A stretch of 64,000 nt of DNA from Octopus sinensis. Taxonomy: Eukaryota. The stretch lies in contig NC_043006.1 in assembly GCF_006345805.1 (NCBI RefSeq), positions 7,316,001-7,380,000 on the forward strand. Reading direction: 5' to 3'. Shown one piece after another: positions 39,595-51,304 of the stretch (position 1 is its first letter; each line of letters starts with the position of its first letter). The notes under the pieces are model-generated. The model was not told the DNA's origin and made no database searches. It saw only the letters and a program-made list of their open reading frames with translations. The translations under genes were made by a program, and so were the position numbers.

Positions 39595-40034
39595 GAGTGA
39601 GAGAACAGCGTATACCATCAAAGTGACACTGGGGTACAAATATACGAAACCTAATATACCCATCATGACTACGCGTCTGATAAGGGTACACCAGGCACAT
39701 GCACCACAACCGTATGAAATCATACTAGGTGGGGCCCAGTTATAAATTTCTTCAGGTCGAGTAGCCCAACCCGCTCAAACGGTCCTTGAATAAGGGTTTT
39801 TAAGGATGTTTCCAGAGGTGAATTATTTAAACCCCAAAGAATCCCTCTCAACACAATGCTATGATACTCTCCCACTACTTTTGCTCATGATCAGAGCAGA
39901 AACAGTGGTCAATTGGTTAAGGTCAACTGGTTGAGGTCAGACAATTGACAAGCAAATCTGTGGTATTCAGCAGAATATTTAAGAGATGAGGAATCATATA
40001 TGTATCAGGGCATCATAATGCGTACTGCATCAGG
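39595..40034 (-). mobile_element. Family E, older diverged copy with internal deletions
   Basis: Alignable from GAGTGAG.. to ..GCATCAGGG; left flank (CAT)n/(ATT)n. Confidence 0.8.
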
Positions 40035-40715
40035 GTATACGGGGAAATAAGTCGGGGTTGATAAAATAAGTACTTGTTGAACACTGAGAGAGGTATATTC
40101 GACATACCCTTTCTTCTAAATTGTTGGTCTTCCCAAGAAATTTAAATCATCTTCACCCTCATCATCATCTTCACCCTCATCATCATCATCATCGTCATCA
40201 TCATCGTCATCAGCATCGTCATCATCATCATCGTCGTCGTCATTATCGTCATTGTCGTCGTAATTATCTTCATCATGATATGGTGACTCATGTTTACTCG
40301 GGGTTTACTTTAACTGAGTATGTATCGAGTGTCACCTTACGTGGGTTCGAACGCCAGACTTGGTAGGTATATGCTAAATATTTTATATTTTCATTATATT
40401 TGCTTGAATTATTAGCACGTGTCGGAGAAAATACTGAATTTTAAAATTCCACCCAGATCGATTTTCCATTCCATTCTACGGATTCAATAAAATAAGTACC
40501 AGCTTAGCACGGCGGTCAATGTCACCGACTAGCCACCACACCACCAAAATTTCAGGCTATCTGCTTGGCTTGCCGTAACATGGGTTATATTCACGGAAAT
40601 AATTTTTTGGAAAATATAACGAATTTTATAGAAAATGTTTCACATCTAAGTGGAATATTGAATCTAGAATTATTCGGAAAATGTTTACAAATATACAGTG
40701 TAATTAAAATCCAAA

Positions 40716-40837
<122 letters not shown>

Positions 40838-40919
40838 GGGCTCTCCTGCCGAAAACGATGTATGAGCGTTCTGTGCCGAACAATCTGTACAAATGATTTG
40901 TTTATAGATATCAAATGCA

Positions 40920-41118
40920 TGCGTTCTACATTAGCTCACTGTCTCCATCAAACCGAAGTTGTCTGAACCGGTGCATGGTGTACCACTCATCAAGTACCGA
41001 AGTAGCCGCACATCCACGAGTATTGAGGTGTTTTGTCAAGGAACACAACGCGCCACCCGGTCTAGGAATTGAAATCATAAACGCTAGTGCAACAACCCAT
41101 AAGCACTGAAGCATGCGC
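40920..41118 (-). mobile_element. Old tRNA-derived SINE related to family C
   Basis: Minus strand GGGCGCATG..TTCAATTCC..GCGTTGTGTTCCTTGACAAAACAC. Confidence 0.55.
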
Positions 41119-41271
41119 CCTCACAAGTATATATAGTATAATATGCATGTGATATATATATATGTAAATGGAATAGGGATGCATTTCCCATTAAAATTAT
41201 ATAAATATCAGAAGTATGTATTAAATAATTTCAAACTATCAGTATTTTGTTAGACTTCATTATTACAAGTC

Positions 41272-41302
<31 letters not shown>

Positions 41303-41344
41303 TCCCTCAAATAGTTATTATATATATAATTATTTATATATAAT

Positions 41345-41380
<36 letters not shown>

Positions 41381-41443
41381 GTATATAGTCATGTATATAT
41401 ATGTATTATATATATATATATAATATATATATGTATATATATA

Positions 41444-41474
<31 letters not shown>

Positions 41475-41475
<1 letters not shown>

Positions 41476-41660
41476 GTTAATCCAAACAAAAAGCACAAAA
41501 AAACACAACAACGTGAGGACATGGAACAATATAGTATTACTGGACGCTCAGGAAAGAAGAAGAAGGAGGGTTAACGTTTTGAGCGGAGCTCTTCGTCGGA
41601 AACATAGAAGAAGGAAAGATCCAGAGAAGGGAAGACAGAGGAAAAAAAATCGCCACGGTA
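41475..41660 (-). mobile_element. Penelope-like remnant with decayed hammerhead-like motif
   Basis: Minus strand CCGACGA-A-GAGC(TCC)GCTC-AAAACGTT at ~41575-41600; embedded in (TA)n. Confidence 0.45.
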
Positions 41661-41736
41661 CACATACATATACATATATATATATATATATTATAATATA
41701 TATATAATATAATATATATATATATATATAAATATG

Positions 41737-42341
41737 ATAGAAATATTAAAATTACTAAGTCTCTCAAAAGAGATTACGGCAGCGTTCCTGAAATTAATAG
41801 TTATCGCCATACTAATATGGCATTCTTATAAAAATAAGAAGAGCTGTCCGCTTATTAGCTCCATGAGGCCATCGCCTTAAGTTAGCTATTCGATACACAA
41901 ACTGTATCCATATAACCTTCGAACAGCTTTTTTCTTATTTTTATAAGAATGCCATATTAGTATGGCGATAACTATTAATTTCCAGGAACGCTGCCGTAAT
42001 CTCTTTTAGAGAGACTTAGTAATTTTAATATTTCTATTATTGAAAACAAGTGGGTGTATTCCACCGAAACTAGGTAAATAAAACCTTCGAACAGAGATAG
42101 TCAGAAGCGACACCTACTGGGTCTGACTATGCTGCATTGACAAAGGGCAAATACCCTGAAACGCGTCTGTAGCTGTCGGTCAAGTAGTGTGGAGCGACTG
42201 ACCTCCCTTGTTCGAAGGTTATATGGATACAGTTTGTGTATCGAATAGCTAACTTAAGGCGATGGCCTCATGGAGCTAATAAGCGGACAGCTTTTTTCTT
42301 ATTTTTATAAGAATGCCATATTAGTATGGCGATAACTATTA
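41737..42341 (+). mobile_element. Penelope-like insertion with inverted and partial tandem terminal repeats
   Basis: Segment order A-B / A' / C-B'-partial A' (prime = reverse complement); hammerhead in C; flanked by (TA)n. Confidence 0.7.
42131..42173 (+). ncRNA. Minimal type I hammerhead ribozyme motif (mutated core)
   Basis: GCTGCA-TTGACAA-AGGG(CAAATA)CCCT-GAAA-CGCG-TC-TGTAGC: 6-bp stem I, 4-bp stem II, palindromic ACGCGT stem III, GTC cleavage triplet; core is two changes from CTGACGA. Confidence 0.65.
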
Positions 42342-42947
42342 TATAAATATGAGTTCATCAAAATTTAGATTCAAATGAATATGGCACTTAAGTCAGATGT
42401 ACCAGAATTTTCTACGGTGTTATCCATATAAATCCATGGGCTGATTATAATCAAAGTAAGCAACAAGAATATCTTCGGTAATTTGGTACGATCGTTTCAT
42501 GCTACATCATTTTATTAAACATTGTAAGTATTACATCAGTTTTAAAATGTTCATCAACTAAAACAACATGAAGTACGAAAACAAACGAGTTAGATATACA
42601 AACAACGACAAAAATGGAAAACAGGAAAAGTAACACAAAGAAACGACCCTTCATCAGTTGTCGGCTGTCTATCTACTCCTCATTTCGAGCATTCAACGAC
42701 AATATGAGTCTTCGAAGGTAGTGGCTCCCATAACTTGCAAAATAATATTTGGGATTTTATGGAGGGTCAAATTTGGTAACAAAAAGAGGACAGTGGAGAC
42801 ATATAAGGAAACCGAACAAATATGGAGGGTCGTTAGACAAGAACGAGGGGAAAATATTGAACGCTGAGAGAAATTATTTATACCACATATATATATATGT
42901 GTGTGTGTGTGTGTGTTGTGTGTGCGTGTGTGTGTGTTGTTGTGTGT

Positions 42948-43252
42948 GGAGGCGCAATAGCCCAGAGGTTAGGGCAGCGGACTCGCGGTCGTAGGATCGT
43001 GGTTTCGATTCCCAGACCGGGCGTTGCGGTTTTTTTGAGCGAAAACACTTGAAAAGCTCGACGAGGCTCCGGCAGGGGAGGGGGTGATCCCTGCTGTACT
43101 CTTTCACCACTCCTCCTCTCACTCTTTCTTCTGCTGGCCTGCTCGCTTAGCCAGCGGGGTGGCGTCATTCGAAGGTTAAAACAATACGAACGCATTGTGA
43201 CCAGCGATGTGTAGCAACATCTGATGGTCTGGTCGGTCACGTGATCACGTGA
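42948..43252 (+). mobile_element. SINE family D (tRNA-derived), full length
   Basis: A box TAGCCCAGAGG, B box GTTTCGATTCC, (CACGTGAT)2 tail. Confidence 0.8.
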
Positions 43253-44179
43253 TATATATATATATACGTCATATGTTATAATATTATATTATATTATCTG
43301 ATGCACAGTTTCTAAGTCTAAGACGATAGTGTCATAGTAAGGTGAGAATTAGCTGCTACTTCTAGCAAGTCTAATTATTACACCCCCGATCTGCATTTGC
43401 CCCGTTGTATTGGTAGTTTTTCTTTCTGTGTCAAGGTTTCGATGAAAAGAATGCCATAAAGTTTTCAGAAGCCTTATTTAATGTAGTGTTGTTACCTACA
43501 TTAATTAAATTTTATAATTTCATGCATATGCTGTTCTTAGTTTTTTTTTCTCATTTTCATTCTTTTTTTTTTTTTTATGAAATAATTAAATGGCGAAAGT
43601 GAACGATGTGCTGGCGGAGTATTTATTTCAAGAAATATTCAATGCATTAAGCAGCCATTACAATTAATGCTGAGCCTTTAAACTACATCGATGCTGCTTT
43701 GCTTAATTATGTTACAGTTCGTTCAATTGATGCGATCTGTCTGCTTCAATTACTCTATCAAATAACTTAAGCGTTGTTGTTCTTCTGCTTCAGTACTTCA
43801 CTACAAGCTCAATCTTGATCGAGCACATAAATGATCAAATCATTCCAGCCGTGGCTAACACGTCTCGTTCAGAGATTGGATATCCCTTCATTCAGAACTG
43901 CATACTTCTATCCGTTTGTAGGATTAGATTAGCTAATACAAAATTGCTTATTTAATGCGGTAAAATATAATACAGGGATTATCAGACTGAGATTACTAGT
44001 AAAGTGAGTGACCATCTATAGGTTGTCTTGAATTTTTAGAAAATTGTTTTCTCTGACGGGTCACAATCGAATTATATTTTCACATTATAACTAATCTGTT
44101 TATATGTCATTCTCAAACACAGACCACTATTTCTGCCTTCACCCTTGCTTTTATTTTAAAATCAGAAATAATTGCAATA

Positions 44180-46520
44180 TTCACCTTATCGTGTCTCTTT
44201 TTATATTCAATTTGTGCGAGCTTACGGCACTCACTAACAATATGGCTTATTCTTTCTTCCTTCTAAGTGCACATCCTACACTGTGGTGAATCAGTGCTTT
44301 CATCAATGTGATATTTGTAGTAGTTTGTTCTAAGCGCTTGCCTCAGTGGACCCTTTTAAATCTCCTTTCTGCAGCCATTACGAGGTACTATTCCAGTCAA
44401 CCTCATCGTTATTCTTCAAGAACTGACAGTGCCTTTTCTTGTTCTGCCAAATTCTCTTCATCTGCTCTCTCTGTTCTTTCTTACATTGTATTGGATCTAC
44501 GGCTTTGTTCCCTTTTAAGGTTCCCTACATTTTCACTGCTTCAATCATTTCTTTAATCCCCTTCACGTACCAAACCAGGCTATTCTCCTCTTCCCTTATA
44601 CAACCTTCGCAACACACTTATCCCCATCCTCCCTCCCTCCCTCCTCTTTACATACAATCTTGACATATCACTCTTGGGGTGTAGTTTTTTGTTCAATGTC
44701 TTTAATTTACGTTGTCTCCGGTCTTTCTCTTGTTATTCATAGGGAGCACTCCGTCGGTTACAACGACGAGGGTCCCAGCTGATACGATCAACGGAACAGC
44801 TTGCTCGTGGAATTAACGTGTAAGTGACTGAGCAATCCACAGACACGGTTACCCTTAACGTAGTTCTCAGGGAGATTCAGCGTGACACAGATTGTGACAA
44901 GGCCGGCCCTTTGAAAAACAGGTACAACTCATTTTTTGCCAGCTGAATGGACTGGAGCAACGTGAAATAAAGTGTCTTGCTCAAGGACACAACGCGTCGC
45001 CGGGAATTGAACTCACGACCTTACAATCGTCAGTCGAATGCCCTAACCACTAAGCCACGCGCCTTCACTATGTTATTCATACTTCCAGTTAGGAATCATC
45101 CCCTCACTTATTCTCCATTCCTCCTCTTTGAGTGTCTTTAACCATTATGCTTCACTTTCGTGTTGTTTCTCTTCAAAACATATATTTGAACAGAATCTTT
45201 CACTTTCTTCGGCATCCGACACGGCTTTTTCTTTCCCATCCAACTCCTGATGGACTCGTTTCTCATTTTCTTAATCTGTATTTTGCTCAATTTTCCGTTC
45301 ATATCTCTTTAGTTTATGTTCTTTATCTGTCAACCTCTGTTTTAATTCATCAATCACAACATTGATTCCCTTTCTCTTCACCCTCTACTCCCTCCCTCCC
45401 TCTCTAGCTCAACATATTTCTCTCGCCGAACTTCATTTCTCTTTTCCCGTTCCAAAATGTTAATATGCTTTCTGGTCTCATTAACAGATTGCGTTAATCT
45501 CCTTTTTCCATCATGGTTTTGTTAACATTTACCTTTGGCATTCACACCTAACATCCGGGCTATAAAGTTCGAGATTGCATTCATCAGATTCTTGGTGTCT
45601 GTGATGTTGTCAGTTCTGATATCGCCAATGATATCATTAATCTTCCTGACCCATTCATTGGGTTTCTTTCTGTCTGCATTTTTTTAAACACCGTATTAGA
45701 GCTCTGTTCATCAGAGGTCCAAATATCAATGATTTAATTTAAAAGGAATATTTATTCCTTGGTTTTCTCATCACTTTCCTGATCGATAATCTTAGCCTCA
45801 TGCTCTTTTTCTTCCTTTAACTCCACTGTTATGGTTTCACTGCATTCTCTTCCCTAAGCACCCGTCTCTTAATGCTTTCTAGTTCAACTGAAGATAACCA
45901 TTCATTCTTTCTTATGGCTCTAACTTGGCCTCACAGATTTTGTTCACTGCTCCATACTCTGTGCATTCTTTTCCTATATCCCCTAGCGGGCACTTCTTTA
46001 TTATTTCTCGGATGACCCAGAAACTAGCACTCTATAACAGCCACATTCATTTCTTTCGTCCACTTTGTTTTAGTAGTTGCTTAACGACGACTGGACCCAT
46101 GCTGCCTAGCCGTGAGGCACCCACCGGGCGAGAGACCTTCACAAGGAGTTCCAGTCGCATTCAGGCGTACTCATTTCTATTTTTATTTGACACTTCAGCA
46201 CTCATCATGAAAGTTAGTGAATTTTAGGTTGCACAGCCACCAGTATTTTTTAAACCCCGTGATACCATCACTAATAGGATCTCCATCCTAGGATATAGGA
46301 TTCCTGTGATCCTAATTTTTGAAGTTTTCGTCTCCTTTTCCCACAAATTTGTTGGTTTTGTGAAGGGGCCGGGCTTGATTGTCAGAGGACAGATTGTCAC
46401 CACTGTGACTAATGAGTCCTGTCTACCCCAGATTTTAAATCAGAGTATTCCTCCTCCTACACAGACTGCCAAGCAAGGCTCACGAGTTCTGTCGACTCGA
46501 CGGTTTCACAACTCCACTTG
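44180..46520 (-). pseudogene. Old decayed R4/Dong LINE with internal deletion of most of RT
   Basis: Minus-strand pieces KWTKEMNVAVIEC..GYRKRMHRVW..IRKNEWLSSVELE; ELKQRLTDKEHKLKRYE; HPKSDMSRLYV; CRMCT*KEERISHIVSEC..EYKKRHDKV, collinear with the 46757 element; interrupted by SINE C. Confidence 0.8.
44742..45070 (-). mobile_element. SINE family C, full length
   Basis: Matches 5673-5997; TSD TGTTATTCATA at 44731-44741 and 45071-45081. Confidence 0.93.
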
Positions 46521-46683
46521 TTAAATCATTCTGAGTAATTTTTGTACACTCTTATAATTTCCGTGTTACTACTATTATCACTATGTTCTTATTTATTAGT
46601 GCACTACTACAGTTTCACAATTATTACTAATATTATATTATTACTACAAGACCGAGTGATTTTAATATTGTCTCCACTAAATG

Positions 46684-46738
<55 letters not shown>

Positions 46739-46987
46739 TGCTGTTATTATTATTATTCTATGTTTGACTTTTGCTTTATATTTGTACAAGTTGGCTCCAA
46801 GTCTCACCCAGAGACCTCAAGAGACAACAGGGTTGGAAGTTCATGTTGTTGTTATGCCTAGTGTGCCATATATTTGGGGGGTGGGGATGTTGTACTAATG
46901 AATGTCTACAAAAAAAAAAGTTTTTTTTTTTTTTTTTTTTTTTGTTTTTTTTTAAACCGAAAATTATGGTTGTTTTAAACCTTGAGA

Positions 46988-49042
46988 TTACATAGAGAGT
47001 ATTTTGCGTAGGATATGAGCAGTTCCCATGAGCACTATCTTTTGAATTCCTGCCATTTTGGGGTTTCCTGGTATCTGAGTTAGGTAGCAATCAGTCCCTT
47101 TCGCTATCATTCCCAGGGCACCTATGACAACAGGTATTGTTTTAGTCTTCAGCTTCCACATTTTGCTGATTTCTATTTCAAGATCTTTATATTTGCTCAG
47201 TTTTTGGTAGGTCCTGACAGATACGTTTATATCGATTGGGACAGTCATATCAATGAGGATGCATGTTCTTTGTTTGAAGTCTTTCAATATGATGCCTGGC
47301 CTATTTGCATCTATCTTCCTGTCAGTTTGAATGGTGAAGTTCCAGAGGAGTGAGATGTGGTCATTTTCAAGCACTGGGGGTGGTTTGTGTTCCCACCAGT
47401 TTTTTTCATGGGGCAAATCCAGGTTTTTACAGATTACCCAGTGAATATATTGTGCAGCTCTATCGTGCCTGTTGAGATACTCTGTAGGCGCTAGAAGACT
47501 GCACTTGGAGACCACATGGTCAATGGTTTCATTTTGTTGCTTGCATACACGACACGTTGGACTGCTTCTGATCTTTAATATGTTGGCCTGGTAGTTTCTT
47601 GTTGGTAGGCATTGATCTTGAGCTGCTATGATAAACCCCTCTGTTTCAGATTTTAAGCCAGAGGCCATTAGCCATTGATGGGTCAGGGTTTTGTCGATAT
47701 CTGCATTATTCGCTCTCTTTGGGTATTTGCCATAGAGAGGTTTTTCTTGCCATTTATTATTCAGAATATCTAAGGCCGCAGTTTTGGCACGGGTTTTCAT
47801 GCGCCTAGCTTTTTCTGTGCTTGTTTCTTGTATGTCTATCTCTAATTCCGAAATTGGTTGTATTCGGAATTCACTTAGATATTCCTTTGCCTGTTTTGTG
47901 ACTGAGTATGATGCTTTCTTGTTTTCATGTTTTGAGACAAGTTTTAACATCCAGTCCTCAGAGTTTTTCAGGTAGGTGTCTAGGCCAATTGTAGCAATCT
48001 TCATTGTTATTGCCAGTTGCAAAAGACCACGGCCTCCCTCTTTTCTTGGCAGATAGAGTCGTTCTGTATCTGCCTTAGGGTGGTGCATTCTATGCATTGT
48101 CAACAGTTTCCTTATTTTTCTGTCGAGCTGACATATTTCAGTAATTGACCAGTTAACAATATTGAAACTGTAAGTCACGACTGGTATAGCTAATGCATTG
48201 ATTGCTTCGATCCTGTTTCTTGCATTCAGCTCTGTCTTGAGTATTGCTCTCACTCTCCGATAGCATTCTCTCCTGATCCTTTCCTTCATCTCTGAATGCC
48301 TTATTCCGTTCCCTTCAATTACCCCTAGGTACTTGTAGCTCTCCGCTGGGTCTAGTTCTTTTATGACATTCTGTTGGTCAAGGTTAACGTTAGATGTTTC
48401 TGTCATTTTTCCTTTGATAAAGGTAGCCTTTGCACATTTATCGAGGCCGAATTGCATTCTGATGTCGTCACTGAATTGTTTGACTATCGCTAGTAAGCCC
48501 TTGAGTTGTTGATCATTTTTTGCAAAAAGCTTTAAATCATCCATGTAAACGAGATGATTTATATTTTTATCAAACATTTTATACCCGTACTGCGCGTCAT
48601 TGAGCAGCTTTGAGAGAGGTATTAAGGATAAACAAAAGAGGAGTGGTGACAGTGAGTCACCCTGGAAAATGCCACACGAAATTTTTACATCACCAGCATT
48701 TAGGGATTCACTGTCACTGTTCAGAGTTAGTGTGGTTCTCCATGATCTCATACTTACAGTCAAGAAGTTTCGCAGAGTTGGTGCTATCTTATACATTTCA
48801 AGGCATTTCCTAATCCAGCTATGTGGTAGGCTATCAAAAGCCTTTTTATAGTCTATCCAGGCTATTGATAAGTTTTTGTGTCGTTTGTGACAATCTTCTA
48901 AGATCATCTTATTGATGAGTAGTTGGTCTTTACAGCCGTAGGATCCACGTTTACATCCTTTCTGTTCATTAGGGAATATGCTGCTGTCCGTTAAAAAACT
49001 ATAGGTATATTCCGTCAGGACAGATGTTAGTGTTTTGTACAT
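46988..49042 (-). CDS. R4/Dong ORF C-terminal 684 aa: reverse transcriptase, CCHC finger, restriction-like endonuclease
   Basis: WIDYKKAFDS, GIFQGDSLSPLLF, YMDD, GGRGL, CRVCKQQNETIDHVVSKC, RP(G)I..IDMTVP..KLSKY. Confidence 0.93.
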   Translation of the reverse strand: MYKTLTSVLTEYTYSFLTDSSIFPNEQKGCKRGSYGCKDQLLINKMILEDCHKRHKNLSIAWIDYKKAFDSLPHSWIRKCLEMYKIAPTLRNFLTVSMRSWRTTLTLNSDSESLNAGDVKISCGIFQGDSLSPLLFCLSLIPLSKLLNDAQYGYKMFDKNINHLVYMDDLKLFAKNDQQLKGLLAIVKQFSDDIRMQFGLDKCAKATFIKGKMTETSNVNLDQQNVIKELDPAESYKYLGVIEGNGIRHSEMKERIRRECYRRVRAILKTELNARNRIEAINALAIPVVTYSFNIVNWSITEICQLDRKIRKLLTMHRMHHPKADTERLYLPRKEGGRGLLQLAITMKIATIGLDTYLKNSEDWMLKLVSKHENKKASYSVTKQAKEYLSEFRIQPISELEIDIQETSTEKARRMKTRAKTAALDILNNKWQEKPLYGKYPKRANNADIDKTLTHQWLMASGLKSETEGFIIAAQDQCLPTRNYQANILKIRSSPTCRVCKQQNETIDHVVSKCSLLAPTEYLNRHDRAAQYIHWVICKNLDLPHEKNWWEHKPPPVLENDHISLLWNFTIQTDRKIDANRPGIILKDFKQRTCILIDMTVPIDINVSVRTYQKLSKYKDLEIEISKMWKLKTKTIPVVIGALGMIAKGTDCYLTQIPGNPKMAGIQKIVLMGTAHILRKILSM

Positions 49043-50777
49043 AGTTGTTAAGCAGGTTATGGGTCTATAGTTTTTGGTTCATTTGTTTCTTCACTTTTTG
49101 GAAGCAGGAATGTTAACCATTAACTAGCCAAGGAGGCATCCTACTAGGGTGTTGCAAAACATCATTGTACAGTTCTGTTAGCAGTTCATGGCTCTCTGGG
49201 AAGGCATTCAGCCAGAAGTTAGGAATTTTATCCTTTCCTGGAGACTTCCATTTGCTTGACCTCCTGAGAGCAGATCTTATATCTTCTACCTTGACACCAT
49301 CCCACTTTTGCTCTTCTAAGGGGTCCAGTTCTGTAGATATTCTGTCAATCCAGGGGGCCTTTTCGTTGTGTGTTTTTTCTTCTGCCCAGATTTTATTCCA
49401 AAATCTCTGCACTTCTTCTTTTGATGGTACAGACCCTGCAGTAAACGCTGTTTTTCCTATCTTCCTGTAAAAATTCTTGGTGTTATTTTTGAACATGTTG
49501 TTGTCCTTGAAAAATCTAACACGCTTTTCATACCTCGCTATGCGGGCAGCTTTGGCAGATACCTTTTGTTTGATGGTTTCTATGGTGGCATCAATATCAA
49601 GTATAGTTTTCATATTGTATTTTTTCAGTAATTTTTGGGTTTTTGTAGGTTTTTCAAATATTCAATGTCAGATCTAAATACTTTAATTTGTTGTTGCAGA
49701 CGCTCTTGCCAAGAAGGCTTTTTGTGGGACTGTTGCCGTTTTCTAATCTTTACACCACATAGGATCGTTGAGATTTTCGCGGATGCATAGTATAGGTGGT
49801 TGAGGTTTGTGATATCAACATCATTAACTGAAATTATATCCTTAAGTGCAAGCCGGATTTTACCAATTATTTTCATGTTTTGGTTAGAGTTGCGGATTTT
49901 AGGAAGTGTATCACGCTCATCCATGCTGGTTTCTTTAATTTTCAGCCATTCAATCATGATTTGATTTTTTAGCTCATGTAGTTCTGTTGGGTCAATATTT
50001 GTGTGACTTTCTTTATCTATTTGATGCTCATCTGTCTTAGTGTTTATGATTGGTTCAGGGCGTATTTCACTTTGCCTATCACTTATACTAACTCTTTCAA
50101 TCCTCTCTTCGTTTTTATCCGCCCTGGGCTGGTCTATAACCATTTCCTCTGTATTATCTTCTCTAGCTGCAGCTTCGTTCATTTTATCCGATATTGCTTG
50201 TCTAACCTGATCAATCTCTACTTCAGTCAGTAATTTCTTTTTTATAATGTTTCTTCTAACATTGGCAAGCTTGTTACTGTCTATGTAGGGTCTTACTTCA
50301 GGGTGTTTTTGTCTCCAGTTTAAGTATGCTTGTACAGTGCTAGACTTATCTGTGGGGAAATATATGGCATGGTAGAAGGCCTCAAGAACTTCTTTATTAT
50401 CTTCCCTAGACCATTTTTCCTTCTTTTTCTTTTGATTATTTGGTGATGAGCATGGATGGCCATCTGTTGGAATATTCCGGTTGTGGGGTTCGTCCAGCTC
50501 CTGTGTGTTGGGAAGATTTGATCCAGTAACTGATTTTTCAATCAGGATTTGGTTCAATTTTCGGGTACGTGGTCTTTTGTAATCCGCGCAATGACCAATG
50601 CGGTTTATTGTTTGATTTGTTGACCTGAAGCATGACGAGCATCCATTCTTATATTAGGAGATGGATCTGTCAGTTTAGGGTTCACTACATGTAAGCATTG
50701 CTCATAGCGCCGCTTCTTAAGACTAGCAGATCTATATCGTCTGTATTTTTTTTGTTGATAGTTTTATCTCCGGACAT
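49043..50777 (-). pseudogene. Frameshifted N-terminal part of the R4/Dong ORF
   Basis: Track ORFs 49625-50557 (KWSREDNKEVLEAFY..) and 49113-49613 (SPGKDKIPNFWL) join the RT ORF via single-base shifts; start at 50646 or 50777 is inferred. Confidence 0.8.
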
Positions 50778-50993
50778 TTTTTTTTTTTTCCTCCTTTTCC
50801 TCCTCTTCCTTTCTTCAAGGCTTACTGTGTCTGTATTAGTTCGAAATAATGAGAATAAAATACGGAGAAGGAAACGAAAAGAAAGGGAAAAAGACGGGAT
50901 CTGTCAGTTATTATTGTTATTACTATCATCTTCACCACCATCACCATCATCAGCAACATCACCATCACCATCATCATCTTCAATGTGTAGCCA

Positions 50994-51035
<42 letters not shown>

Positions 51036-51187
51036 GTTTTTCCTTCTTTCTTCAAATTTTCTTCCGTTTCTCGCCGAGCCTTTTCCATACACCTAGGGCA
51101 GAGAAGCTCATTGTATGCATTCGCAGATATTACACACGCAAATTCACAGATAAAATATGTATTTAAAAATTATATTATTATCATTGT

Positions 51188-51206
51188 TCTTCTTCTTCTT
51201 CTTCTT

Positions 51207-51302
<96 letters not shown>
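51188..51302. repeat. (CTT)n-(ATT)n compound microsatellite
   Basis: Direct inspection; abuts the 3' end of the 51303 R4/Dong fragment. Confidence 0.95.

Positions 51303-51304
<2 letters not shown>

Larger units (their letters stand above)
46757..50909 (-). mobile_element. Near full-length R4/Dong-clade non-LTR retrotransposon
   Basis: Single ORF split by frameshifts; 3' UTR ends in (TAA)n at 46686-46756; TAA-like repeats beyond 50909; 5' boundary approximate. Confidence 0.92.
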
